DNA of 64,000 nucleotides from Limnochordales bacterium. GTDB taxonomy: Bacteria > Bacillota > Limnochordia > Limnochordales > DUMU01. Under the pieces are notes generated by a model. The model was given only the letters and a program-made list of their open reading frames with translations, did not search any database and was not told where the DNA came from. Positions 8,563 through 16,408 of the stretch are shown here, in pieces. The translations under genes were made by a program, and so were the position numbers. How positions within the stretch are numbered: position 1 is the stretch's first letter; each line of letters starts with the position of its first letter. The DNA lies in contig JADBKP010000001.1 of the NCBI GenBank assembly GCA_014896315.1, forward strand, positions 201,557-265,556, in the 5' to 3' direction.

Positions 8563-9204
8563 CTAGATCCCTCCTTCGGGATGAACCAAACACCGGGGAC
8601 CGCGCACGACGCTGCCTTCAAACAGTGCGCGCACGTAAACACCTCCGACTCTATTTTCGTCCGGTTCAAATAGGTACCCCCAGACAGGCATAGCTACCTC
8701 AACTATTCCAAACTGTTCCAAAACATCTCCCCGTTCGGGCAACCGCACAAGCAGCGAACCCCAGCAACATTCGGCTTGATCCTCGGTCACCGGGCCAACA
8801 CGTTCCATGGTGCAGTATCCCAACCCCTTGCTTCGCAGGGCACCAACTTGAAGCGAGAAATGCTGAGGAAGGCAGGCTGCCCTGGGACCCGTGACAAAGG
8901 CTCGTGCTTTAACGTCCACCAAAAATGCATACTCAAGCGGCAAATAGGCTGAGCCCAACGCCCTATTACGTGTAGAAGCAGCCTGCCAGTACGGACCGGA
9001 GTATTCCTCAATTATTGCCACACCAGCAACTCCCTGTCCGAACTCTGCTGTCAGCGCGCCAGTAAGCTGCGAATACGGGATGGACCGTTCCAGGGTCCCG
9101 CGGAAGGTTCCCTTTTTTAGCCTCTCACCCAGGGAAAGCGTTTGAGCGTTAAGGATGTATTCTATAAGAATCGCCACCACCCCCCCGCACGCGGCTGCTT
9201 TCAC
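8563..9204 (-). CDS. Cas5-type RAMP protein (Csm4/Cmr3/Csf3-like), start uncertain
   Basis: The GTG at 9204 overlaps the upstream gene by 56 nt; GTGs at 9180 and 9177 are alternatives. 'RSIPYSQLTGALTAEFG' resembles the Cas5 N-terminal strand. A glycine-rich loop is present at 'LRSKGLGYC'. Confidence 0.55.
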   Translation of the reverse strand: MKAAACGGVVAILIEYILNAQTLSLGERLKKGTFRGTLERSIPYSQLTGALTAEFGQGVAGVAIIEEYSGPYWQAASTRNRALGSAYLPLEYAFLVDVKARAFVTGPRAACLPQHFSLQVGALRSKGLGYCTMERVGPVTEDQAECCWGSLLVRLPERGDVLEQFGIVEVAMPVWGYLFEPDENRVGGVYVRALFEGSVVRGPRCLVHPEGGI

Positions 9205-11377
9205 CGCTAAAAGTCAATTCGAGTAACGAAAGAACCTGGACAGGTCCGAAAAGTCCTTTTCTGATACCGTCGTCGAAGCGGTTGACCACCTCTTGCGCAG
9301 TTGCTCGGATAGGACCCGGCTCCTTGCTGTCTGCCTTGACAACCGCCCAAGCAAGATCAGGCAAGCCTGTCCGGCGCTCCACCTCAGCCAACTCGTGCAG
9401 GTAGCGCCGTACTCGTGGAGGCCGATCATCCATCCATTTGCCCATTCCGGTGATCAACGCTCGCAACCCAGGGAGGTCGGTTTCGAATCTAAAGGACCTG
9501 ATACCTCGTACAGCAACCGCATGCGAAGGGTCGGAAACGTGCCGCCAGTCCACGTAGAACGGCCATTTGGCAGGGCCGTAGCTGACTCCCAGTCTGACTG
9601 CCTTCGCTGCTTCCGCTAAGAGGCCAGACCGCCAATGGTGCTCAAGTAGGACCGGAAAGTGCTGCTTCATCAGGTCAACGTAGCTCCTGAGCAACTGCAG
9701 GAGCTGCCGCTTTTCTGCGAGTTCGGCAATCCAGACGCCTTCGGCGAGTTCCACTACATGGCTGAAGATTCGCCGTACGGCTTCACCGAGCGCCGTAATC
9801 GTCCGCGCGAACTCGTCGTGCATGTCCCGAAGAATTCCCAGCGGCCGGAATTGTGACAGCACCGGTATGAGTTTCTCGTTCTGCTTAGGGGCCATCCCTA
9901 CGAAGAGCACTCCATCAATCACCCTTTGCCCGTACAGAGCTTCGACTAGAAGCTCTGCCCGGCGTGGATCCAGAGAAGCACAGATCCAGCACGCCAGGCT
10001 GTCGCGCTCCTCCCACTGCCTCAGATCAGCCTGCCGGAAACCACGATCTCGCAGTTCCCAGCAGCGGTTGCACAGGTTCTCGGTTACCGTCGCCACCCTC
10101 TGCGGGATTCCACGCCGCACCTGGCACACATCACAGAGCGGGGGTTCAATCTCGACTGTGGAGTCAACCTCAGGCGGGTAGAACGAACTATACGAGTCAG
10201 GTGTAGTAGTCCGCGGTACGGGCGCATCAGACTCGAGTTCCCGGAGGGCCCTCAGCTTCTTATCCAGTCGCCCGACTTCTGGACCGACCTCACGCTTCCG
10301 CCCAGGGGGAGTCCCAGGATGGTCAAGCAACGCCTTAATGTGATCTCGACGCTTTTGTAGCTTTGCTGACGCCGCTCGGATCAGCTCGCGGTGGACATCC
10401 CCCGAACGGGGAGACCGCCACAGCTGCAGGGAGCTAGGCGGAGCTTCACGTGTGTGTGCTTCGGCGTAAAACCCGCGATCTGTCAGAGGTTTCAGAATGC
10501 CTCGCAGGCTCAGCGCCGAGCTGGGCAAGAAGAGATACAGGGTCGTTCCTGTGCGAAATAGCAGGTACGGCGACTCAAAGTCGTCGAGTGCATCACGCAA
10601 CTCTCGGAGGACTGCTACATCCATAGCCCGCGCAAAGGACTGATGGAATTTGACAGTCACACGCGCTATGCGTAACTTCCATCTCTTGGAGGCGTCCTCG
10701 TGGTTTCGCACCTCCACGCCGTCAAGGGCCAAGGAGAGACCTTCGTGGCTGGTCCGTACCTCAACATGTTTCTCCAGTGCCCGGTAGTATTGGCCCGTGA
10801 GTGTGCAGTGCGCCCACAAGGAGGTTACCTGGTTCGGCCAGGCTTCGTCTTCGCCCCGAGCACGGAAGTTGTCTGCTAGACTCTCTAACACTGCGCTAGC
10901 CGAACTCTTCTCCCACAGCGTGAACAACTCTTCTAAGTCTGCAGGCGTCTTGATCGGCTCGGGATCTTCATGCGCAGGTTCATTCCTCCAAACCGCAAAC
11001 ACACTCTTGCTCCAAAGATTTCTCCACTCGTTCGCCTGGGGACCCTCGTAAACTGCTCTGACAGTTGTCGCGGCAAGGTTGTCGGCTAAGCACACTAGGA
11101 ATAGGGCCTTACGCTCTTCTGGACCGATCCAATGGTGAGGAGCAGGCCGGGCAAGATCCCTCACCCAGTCACTCCAATCGGCCAGTTTCATGTGATATAT
11201 GACTGATGCCCAAGTTAAATCTCGCTCGACTATCTCTGGGATCAGAATTCCAGGCATAAACTTTCCTGAGCGGTAAAAACTATGTTTTTGGCCGCGTAGA
11301 CAGTCTGCCGCCAGCTTCCCGAGGTCATGTAACTCGGGGATGATCATGCTTGTCACCTCGCTATTCTCTACAGCCAC
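9149..11377 (-). CDS. cas10: Cas10-like large subunit with N-terminal HD domain and degenerate cyclase palm
   Basis: 742 aa; the GTG at 11377 follows GGGGAG. HD motif 'IIPELHDLGKLA' plus 'LVCLADNLAAT'. 'VTSLWAHCTLTGQYYRAL' resembles the Cas10 palm-1 entry. Cys pairs 'CDVCQ' and 'CNRCW' are present. 'LACWICASLDPRRAELL' resembles the first palm-2 Asp strand. Where GGDD is expected I read 'VELAEGVWIAE'. The only GGD is 'GGGGDS', 7 residues from the C-terminus. Confidence 0.75.
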   Translation of the reverse strand: MAVENSEVTSMIIPELHDLGKLAADCLRGQKHSFYRSGKFMPGILIPEIVERDLTWASVIYHMKLADWSDWVRDLARPAPHHWIGPEERKALFLVCLADNLAATTVRAVYEGPQANEWRNLWSKSVFAVWRNEPAHEDPEPIKTPADLEELFTLWEKSSASAVLESLADNFRARGEDEAWPNQVTSLWAHCTLTGQYYRALEKHVEVRTSHEGLSLALDGVEVRNHEDASKRWKLRIARVTVKFHQSFARAMDVAVLRELRDALDDFESPYLLFRTGTTLYLFLPSSALSLRGILKPLTDRGFYAEAHTREAPPSSLQLWRSPRSGDVHRELIRAASAKLQKRRDHIKALLDHPGTPPGRKREVGPEVGRLDKKLRALRELESDAPVPRTTTPDSYSSFYPPEVDSTVEIEPPLCDVCQVRRGIPQRVATVTENLCNRCWELRDRGFRQADLRQWEERDSLACWICASLDPRRAELLVEALYGQRVIDGVLFVGMAPKQNEKLIPVLSQFRPLGILRDMHDEFARTITALGEAVRRIFSHVVELAEGVWIAELAEKRQLLQLLRSYVDLMKQHFPVLLEHHWRSGLLAEAAKAVRLGVSYGPAKWPFYVDWRHVSDPSHAVAVRGIRSFRFETDLPGLRALITGMGKWMDDRPPRVRRYLHELAEVERRTGLPDLAWAVVKADSKEPGPIRATAQEVVNRFDDGIRKGLFGPVQVLSLLELTFSGESSRVRGGGGDSYRIHP

Positions 11378-11399
11378 TGCTGCTCCCCGGTTCCATTGC

Positions 11400-11430
11400 G
11401 TATATATGCACCGTTTTTAAAAGTTTAAAT
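11400..11430 (-). promoter_or_regulatory. Candidate sigma-A-type promoter of the cas10-like operon
   Basis: The minus strand reads TTTAAA-17 nt-TATATA in the only AT-rich patch between the IS3 end and the GTG. The match to consensus is weak. Confidence 0.25.
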
Positions 11431-11503
11431 GCTTTTGCCCAGTAGGAACTTGACGACAAGTGCCTGGCTAGCCCCCTAACCAGAGTGGACAGGTAGCCTT
11501 TGA

Positions 11504-11839
11504 TTGGGTAGAGTCCTGTTGGGAGGATTGACAGTGACTCGGACCCGATACGAACCAGACTTCAAGCTGCGGGTAGTCCGCGAAGCGTTGGAGACACGCA
11601 ATGCATCCCTGGTCGCACGACGCCACAATCTCGCTCCTAACCTGGTAGCGCGTTGGGTTCGGCAGTATGGCGCTGATGGGGAGGCCGCGTTTTCTGCCAA
11701 GCGTCGCCGTTCGCAAGTGGAGACCCCCGAGTTGAGGGACATCCAGCGGGAAAACGAGCAGCTCAAGAAGCTACTGGGCGAGAAAGACCTCGAGATCGCC
11801 ATTCTCCGTGACCTTCTAAAAAAAACAGCCCGACCCTGA
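11504..11839 (+). CDS. IS3-family transposase OrfA (HTH / leucine-zipper part)
   Basis: 'YEPDFKLRVVREALE', 'LVARWVRQY' and the coiled-coil tail 'ENEQLKKLLGEKDLEIAILRDLLKK' are typical of IS3 OrfA. Confidence 0.85.
   Translation: MGRVLLGGLTVTRTRYEPDFKLRVVREALETRNASLVARRHNLAPNLVARWVRQYGADGEAAFSAKRRRSQVETPELRDIQRENEQLKKLLGEKDLEIAILRDLLKKTARP
11818..11825 (+). promoter_or_regulatory. Programmed -1 ribosomal frameshift site (A8 run) linking orfA to orfB
   Basis: The A8 run lies at the end of orfA. orfA is in phase 2 and orfB in phase 1, which is a -1 relationship, as in IS3-family OrfAB fusions. Confidence 0.7.
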
Positions 11840-11853
11840 GGGATCGGCTGGAG

Positions 11854-12186
11854 GTGGCGGAGAAATGGATTCAAAGGGGGTACCCCATCGCCGTGGTTCT
11901 TCGCATAGTGGGGGTCGCCCGGTCGACGTATTATGCTCATCGTCATCCCAAACGGCCCAAGAGCCCACGAAAAGGGGGAAGGCCGAAGCCAGGGTATTCG
12001 TGGACCACGGCAGGAAAGCGAGTACCCGATGAGCAAATCCAAGAGTGGCTATGCGAACTCATCGCTGGGGAAGAGGCCTGCTATGGCTACCGCAAGCTGA
12101 CTGTGGTGCTCAGGCGCCGGTACGGGCTGATAATCAATCACAAGAAGGTCTATCGGCTTTGCCGCGAACTGCGGTTGCTGCGGCCG
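11854..12186 (+). pseudogene. IS3-family transposase OrfB, 5' portion (interrupted by IS21 insertion)
   Basis: 'HKKVYRLCRELRLLRP' is followed directly by IS21 terminal sequence. The reading frame resumes at 14417. Confidence 0.8.
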
Positions 12187-12292
12187 TGTCAACGCCGGCT
12201 TGAAATTGACCCACTACGCGCCGGTTTGGAATTGACCCACCCCCGAGAAAGCAGTCCTACAGTGCGTAGCACCAAGGGACGCCGGACACCGG

Positions 12293-13087
12293 TTACTGTT
12301 TCTCCGCTCTCACCCCCTCTGTGGATGGTGGCGCTATGCCGAAGATGCCGGCCCGCTTCTTTTCCCGTAGCCGGTAGCTTTCACCCCGGATGTTGAGCAC
12401 GTGGCTGTGGTGAAGCAACCGATCGAGAATGGCAGTGGCAATGACCGGATCCCCCAGCACCTCGCCCCACTCACCGAAGCCTTTGTTCGACGTGAGGATG
12501 ATGCTGCCGCGCTCGTACCGCGCGGAGATGAGCGCAAACAGGGCGGTTGCAGCCGACCGATCGTAAGGCCAGACACCGAATTCATCGATGATAAGCACCT
12601 TAGGCGCCAGATAAACCCGCATGCGGCGGTCAAGACGGTGCTCTTCCTGGGCCCGGCGCAGATCTTCGAGCAGGTCGTATGCCCGAGCGAAGTAGACCGC
12701 GTGACCGGCCTCGATCGCCTTGATACCCAAAGCGACCGCCAGATGGGTCTTGCCCACTCCGGGTGGGCCCAGCAGGAGGATGTTGGCGCTCTCGGCCACA
12801 AACGCCAGGGAGGCCAGCTCGCGCACCTGACGCTCATCGATGGAAGGCTGGAAGCTGAAGTCGAACTGTTCCAATGTCCGGTGAAAGGGCAGGTGCGCCA
12901 GGCGAGTTCTGGTACGCAAGTAGCGCTCCCGGCGTGCAGGTGCTTCGATCTCCATAAGGTCAGCAAGGAAGTCAGCGTAAGGCAGTTCCTTTTGGGCCGC
13001 TACTTCCAGACGGCTTTCCAGTACGGACGCTGCTTGTGCCAGCCCCAGTTGCTCCAAGTACGAGCGGGCCTTCTCCAGCGCAATCAT
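12293..13087 (-). CDS. istB: IS21-family helper ATPase IstB
   Basis: 264 aa with Walker A 'LLLGPPGVGKTHLAVALG' and 'LLIIDEFG'. It overlaps the istA end, as is typical. Confidence 0.9.
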   Translation of the reverse strand: MIALEKARSYLEQLGLAQAASVLESRLEVAAQKELPYADFLADLMEIEAPARRERYLRTRTRLAHLPFHRTLEQFDFSFQPSIDERQVRELASLAFVAESANILLLGPPGVGKTHLAVALGIKAIEAGHAVYFARAYDLLEDLRRAQEEHRLDRRMRVYLAPKVLIIDEFGVWPYDRSAATALFALISARYERGSIILTSNKGFGEWGEVLGDPVIATAILDRLLHHSHVLNIRGESYRLREKKRAGIFGIAPPSTEGVRAEKQ

Positions 13088-14374
13088 TCGTTTCTCACCG
13101 TCCCAATCAGCGACTCATAAACCGCCAGGGGACGCTGCGCCACCTCGACCGAGCTCACCTGGAAAGCCACCGGTTCCCGCCGGCGATTGTCGCCGGCTGT
13201 CGGCACCTCAGCCCATTGAGCGGGATGGGTGAATCGCTGCCCGGGTCGGGTAGCCCTGGGGTACACGGCCAACAGGCGGTCGCCTGTCCACAACTGGATG
13301 ATCTCAGCCCCCGGTTGCACCTCGACTCTTTCCCCGGGCTTCCACGGCCAGGGTACACCGTACCAGGACCCGTCCCACTGTACGTATCCATCTCGTCCCA
13401 CTGCCCGACTCTCCCGCAGGAAAGGTTGCAGGCGTTCCCGACCGGGTAAGGGCTGCAAATGATGCCGCTCAACCGCCAGCCTGTCTATCGGTCGCTCACG
13501 GGTGGTACCGTGGATACGGACGTTTGCCACTGTATCGCTCCAGAGCAGTGCTTGCCGGTTCAAGTCGTCGAGGTCCGTGAAACGAATACCCGGCCAGAAG
13601 TTTCCCTTGACGTACTTGATTCCGCTTTCCACACGTCCCTTGGTCTGCGGTCTGTAAGGATGGCAGAGCTGTACGTTGAATCCCATCCGCAGCGAGAAGT
13701 CCAGAAAGCGAGGGTTCCAGACCGGCCGACCGGCATCGTCTGTTTCCAGCGCCACCAGTTTCGTTCGGTCGTAGAGGCACTTCTCCGGTACGCCGCCAAT
13801 GGCAGCGCATGAAGGTAGGAGTATCAGCCCGGTTAACAAACTCCACGTAGATAGCTCTTGACCAGCTCAGTACCATGGTGAAGTACCACTTTCGCTACAC
13901 CGTGCCGTGTGGGAACACCACCGCACAACTGCCGAAATCGACCTGAGCTTACTCACCCGGGCGGGTTTCGAAACGAACGGTCACTTTGGGCTGGTGTTGA
14001 TGCCGCAATGGTTGGACGAAGTCCTTGAGTATCGTATAGCCGCCCGTATATCCGCAGGCGCGGAGTTCCCGCAGGAGAACCTTGCAGTTCGTCACTCCCT
14101 CCGCCCATCGTTGCATGATAAACTCCTTGTAGGGATCCAGCTTCGAGGGTCTCTTCTGTCGAGGAGCTGGCCTGGGCACTTCTGGGGCCCTCAAATACTT
14201 GCGAACCGTGTTACGCGAGATTCCCAAGGTCCTGGCGATGGCTCGGATGGAGTACCCCTCGCCTTTGAATTCATAGAGCTTTTTCACTTTCCCGCCTCCC
14301 AGCACGACAGTTTCGACACCTCCGACTCGTGGTGGAATCGGCGGTGTCTTTCGCTGGGGGCGGGTCATTTTCAT
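13084..14374 (-). pseudogene. istA: IS21-family transposase IstA, inactivated
   Basis: The N-terminal HTH ORF (13949..14374) ends at a TAA inside the conserved 'PGE*AQVDFG'. A second in-frame TAG follows ('PHGTV*'). A frameshift near 13800 joins to the C-terminal ORF 13084..13839 ('GGVPEKCLYDRTKLV', 'YRPQTKGRVE'). Confidence 0.8.
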
Positions 14375-14416
14375 TCCGGCGCTACTGGGTCAGTTTACAT
14401 CCGGCGCTGACAGCCG

Positions 14417-15004
14417 CAGCGTCCCAAGAAACCCCACCATCCCCGGCGGCTGGCTCGTAACCGGCTGGTTACTGGGCCTAACCAGCTATGGGAAGTCGAC
14501 GTCAAATACGGGTACATAGCAGGGGAGGAGCGGTTCTTCTTCGTGATGCCTATCCTGGACGTGTACGACCGCTCGGTGGTGGAGTTTCACATTGGCCTGA
14601 CTTGTCAGGCGGAAGAGGCGGCCAACGCGCTCAGAGAAGCAGTGCGCCGACGCAAACCGGAGTGGGAGGACACCAAACCAGTGGTCCGAACCGACAAAGG
14701 GCCACAATTCATTAGCCAGCTGTTTGAGGAGACGTGTGAGCAATTAGGGCTGGAACACGAACGGATACCGAATGCAACCCCCAACAAGAACGCCCACATC
14801 GAAGCGTTCAACGGGATCATGGAGGAGGAATGCCTAGCCCGCAACGAATTCCATACCTTTGCGGAAGCATATCTGACAGTGATCGACTTCATCGACTTCT
14901 ACAACGAGCGTAGGTTACACTCCGCCCTGGGGTATCGTAGCCCTCAGGAGTTCCGGGAAGCATACCGGCAGAATCATACGCGACTCGCCCCGGTCAAGGC
15001 ATAG
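14417..15004 (+). pseudogene. IS3-family transposase OrfB, 3' (DDE/rve) portion
   Basis: My translation from 14417 reads 'QRPKKPHHPRRLARNRLVTGPNQLWEVDVKYGYIAGEERFFFVMPILDVYDRSVVEF', then 'RTDKGPQFIS' and 'NAHIEAFNGIMEEE'. It is in frame with 11854..12186 once the IS21 is removed. Confidence 0.8.
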
Positions 15005-15039
15005 CTGTCCATCGATAGGGGGTCGGCGCGGGTCTGCAT

Positions 15040-15180
15040 GTGCTGCGTATGTTCCGTTGAGAATCGCATCATGACTTGCAGGACAGATTGATGCTGTCGG
15101 GCATCACCACCCTTATTATTAGCCAAACCTGTTCCTCCCGCATATATGTCAGCGCATCTGGCATTGTTGACGTTCACCTG
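15040..15180 (-). pseudogene. 3'-terminal fragment of a second copy of the 355-aa gene (4055..5122)
   Basis: By-eye DNA alignment of 15040-15178 with 4098-4230. Shared blocks are GTATGTTCCG, CATCAT, CTTGCAGGA, TTATTAGCCAAACCTG and ATATGTCAGCGC. At the protein level, 'HQSVLQVMMRFSTEHTQ' matches 'HQSLLQAMMEFSAEHTQ'. Confidence 0.7.
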
Positions 15181-15218
15181 TGTCAACGGACAGCGACTTT
15201 GTCCACCTCGTGTTGACA
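15181..15218. repeat. 38-bp nested palindrome with IS21-like termini (TGTCAACG...GTGTTGACA)
   Basis: It begins exactly where homology to the 355-aa gene stops. Its first 8 nt are identical to the IS21 left end at 12187. An inner hairpin GGACAGCGACTTTGTCC is present. Confidence 0.5.
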
Positions 15219-15439
15219 ATCAACGACCAAAGGTGATAAGCTACCCCGGGAAATACACGGGGTGCGGTGTGTAGGTGAGCGGTTTCCCACGGGAAAACCC
15301 AACCGCCTGCTCGCCAAGCCCCTTTATCGTTGCTTTGCTCATCCGGTTATCACCAGGTCAGCAAATGGCATGTCTTGGTTCGTTATGCAAAAACCTCCTG
15401 TAGTTTAGCCTACACGGGTTTCAGGGTCAAGTTGCTTCC

Positions 15440-15746
15440 CCCTAGCCCCGTATCTGGCGGGAGAACGAGCAGCTCAAGAAGCTTCTGGACGAGAAGACCT
15501 CGAGATCGCTATTCTCCGTCACCTGTGGAGACAAACAACCGCGCACTGAGGAATCCTCTGGGGGTCGCGGAGAAATGGATTCGAAGGAGGTACCCGATCG
15601 CCCTGGTTCTTCGCACGGTGGGGGTCACCCGGTCGAAGCACTAGGCTTACAGTAAGCCAAAGCGTCGTCGTCATGCCTATCCTGGACGTGTACGACCGTT
15701 CGGTGATCGAGTTCCACATTGGGCTGAGTGTCAGCGCGAGGAGGCG
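15440..15746 (+). mobile_element. Internally deleted remnant of a second IS3-family copy
   Basis: The remnant retains three stretches. CTAGCCCC is like the left IR. GAGAACGAGCAGCTCAAGAAGCT..GACCTCGAGATCGC..GGAGAAATGGATTC..GGTTCTTCGCA aligns with 11748-11930. ATGCCTATCCTGGACGTGTACGACCG..GAGTTCCACATTGG aligns with 14543-14595. The A8 slippery run and most of orfB are missing. Confidence 0.7.
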
Positions 15747-15841
15747 CTATCGAAAGGTGGCCGGCGCTACTGAACTAACGGTTTGTCAACTAAGAATAGG
15801 CACAGGTCCCTGGGCTTGCATCACAGCCTCTCCTGGGGAAC

Positions 15842-16408
15842 TCACGCGGTCCTCCCAGCCAACTCATCAAAGGCCTGGTACAGTGATATACACCGTACGC
15901 CGAACGCCCAAGCGACAAAAGGTATGCGCACCGGGCCAACGATCTTTTTCTTGACCCTATCGTATCCGGGAATGGTGTGCTTTTCCAACGTGACCAGTGT
16001 GGCCTTGTGGGTTTTGGCCAGAGCAACGAACATCGGATCTTCTCCTCGCAAGAAGGTGTCATCTTGCTGAACCTCGAAGTTATTCAACACAAACTGGCAT
16101 ATATCAGCTACGTAAGAAAAAGTGTTCGGAGTAGGACTAAGGATTTGGATTAGCCCTTGCCTCTCAAGGGCTTGAAGCAACTGGCTTACCCGGTCCTTCT
16201 TTACTTTGAGCTCTCTGATAAGTCCATCGGATCCTACCAGCTGACCACTCCTGAAGCCTTGAATGAACCACTCTTCAAGCCACTTGCTGGCCTGAGCAGC
16301 GCTCCTGCCGATGGAAGGGTACCGCGAGCGCAGTCCCAGCGCTAAGCTGGGTAGTACTCCGCCGTAAAAAGAAGTGATAAGAACGTTTGAGTCAATAAGA
16401 TACTTCAC
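15842..16408 (-). CDS. PIN-like protein (DUF4411-like), putative toxin/nuclease partner of the ImmA-like gene
   Basis: The track ORF is 15842..16435. The GTG at 16408 follows GGAGAAG by 7 nt and overlaps the upstream stop by 17 nt. The N-terminus 'VKYLIDSNVLI' is the PIN-type first acidic strand. Confidence 0.65.
   Translation of the reverse strand: MKYLIDSNVLITSFYGGVLPSLALGLRSRYPSIGRSAAQASKWLEEWFIQGFRSGQLVGSDGLIRELKVKKDRVSQLLQALERQGLIQILSPTPNTFSYVADICQFVLNNFEVQQDDTFLRGEDPMFVALAKTHKATLVTLEKHTIPGYDRVKKKIVGPVRIPFVAWAFGVRCISLYQAFDELAGRTA

Larger units (their letters stand above)
12187..14412 (-). mobile_element. IS21-family insertion sequence nested in the IS3 orfB
   Basis: The left end reads TGTCAACGCCGGCTTGAAATTGACCCACTACGCGCC. 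The reverse complement of the right end reads TGTCAGCGCCGGATGTAAACTGACCCAGTAGCGCC. An internal second copy, TTGGAATTGACCCAC, is present. A 4-bp direct repeat GCCG flanks the element at 12183-12186 and 14413-14416. Deleting 12187-14416 restores the IS3 orfB frame. Confidence 0.85.
11451..15038 (+). mobile_element. IS3-family insertion sequence, disrupted by a nested IS21-family element
   Basis: Imperfect terminal inverted repeats. The left end reads TGACGACAAGTGCC...GCCCCCTAACCAGAGTGGACAGGTAGCCTTTGA. The reverse complement of the right end reads TGCAGACCCGCGCC..ACCCCCTATCGATGGACAGCTATGCCTTGA. It has orfA/orfB with an A8 slippery run and is ~1.36 kb once 12187-14416 is removed. End coordinates are good to about 10 bp. 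Confidence 0.75.

Noticed and set aside
12334-13120. 210-aa minus-strand and 239-aa plus-strand ORFs overlapping istB
   Set aside because: They are alternative and antisense frames of the IstB gene, which has a clear Walker A motif in the 12293..13087 frame.
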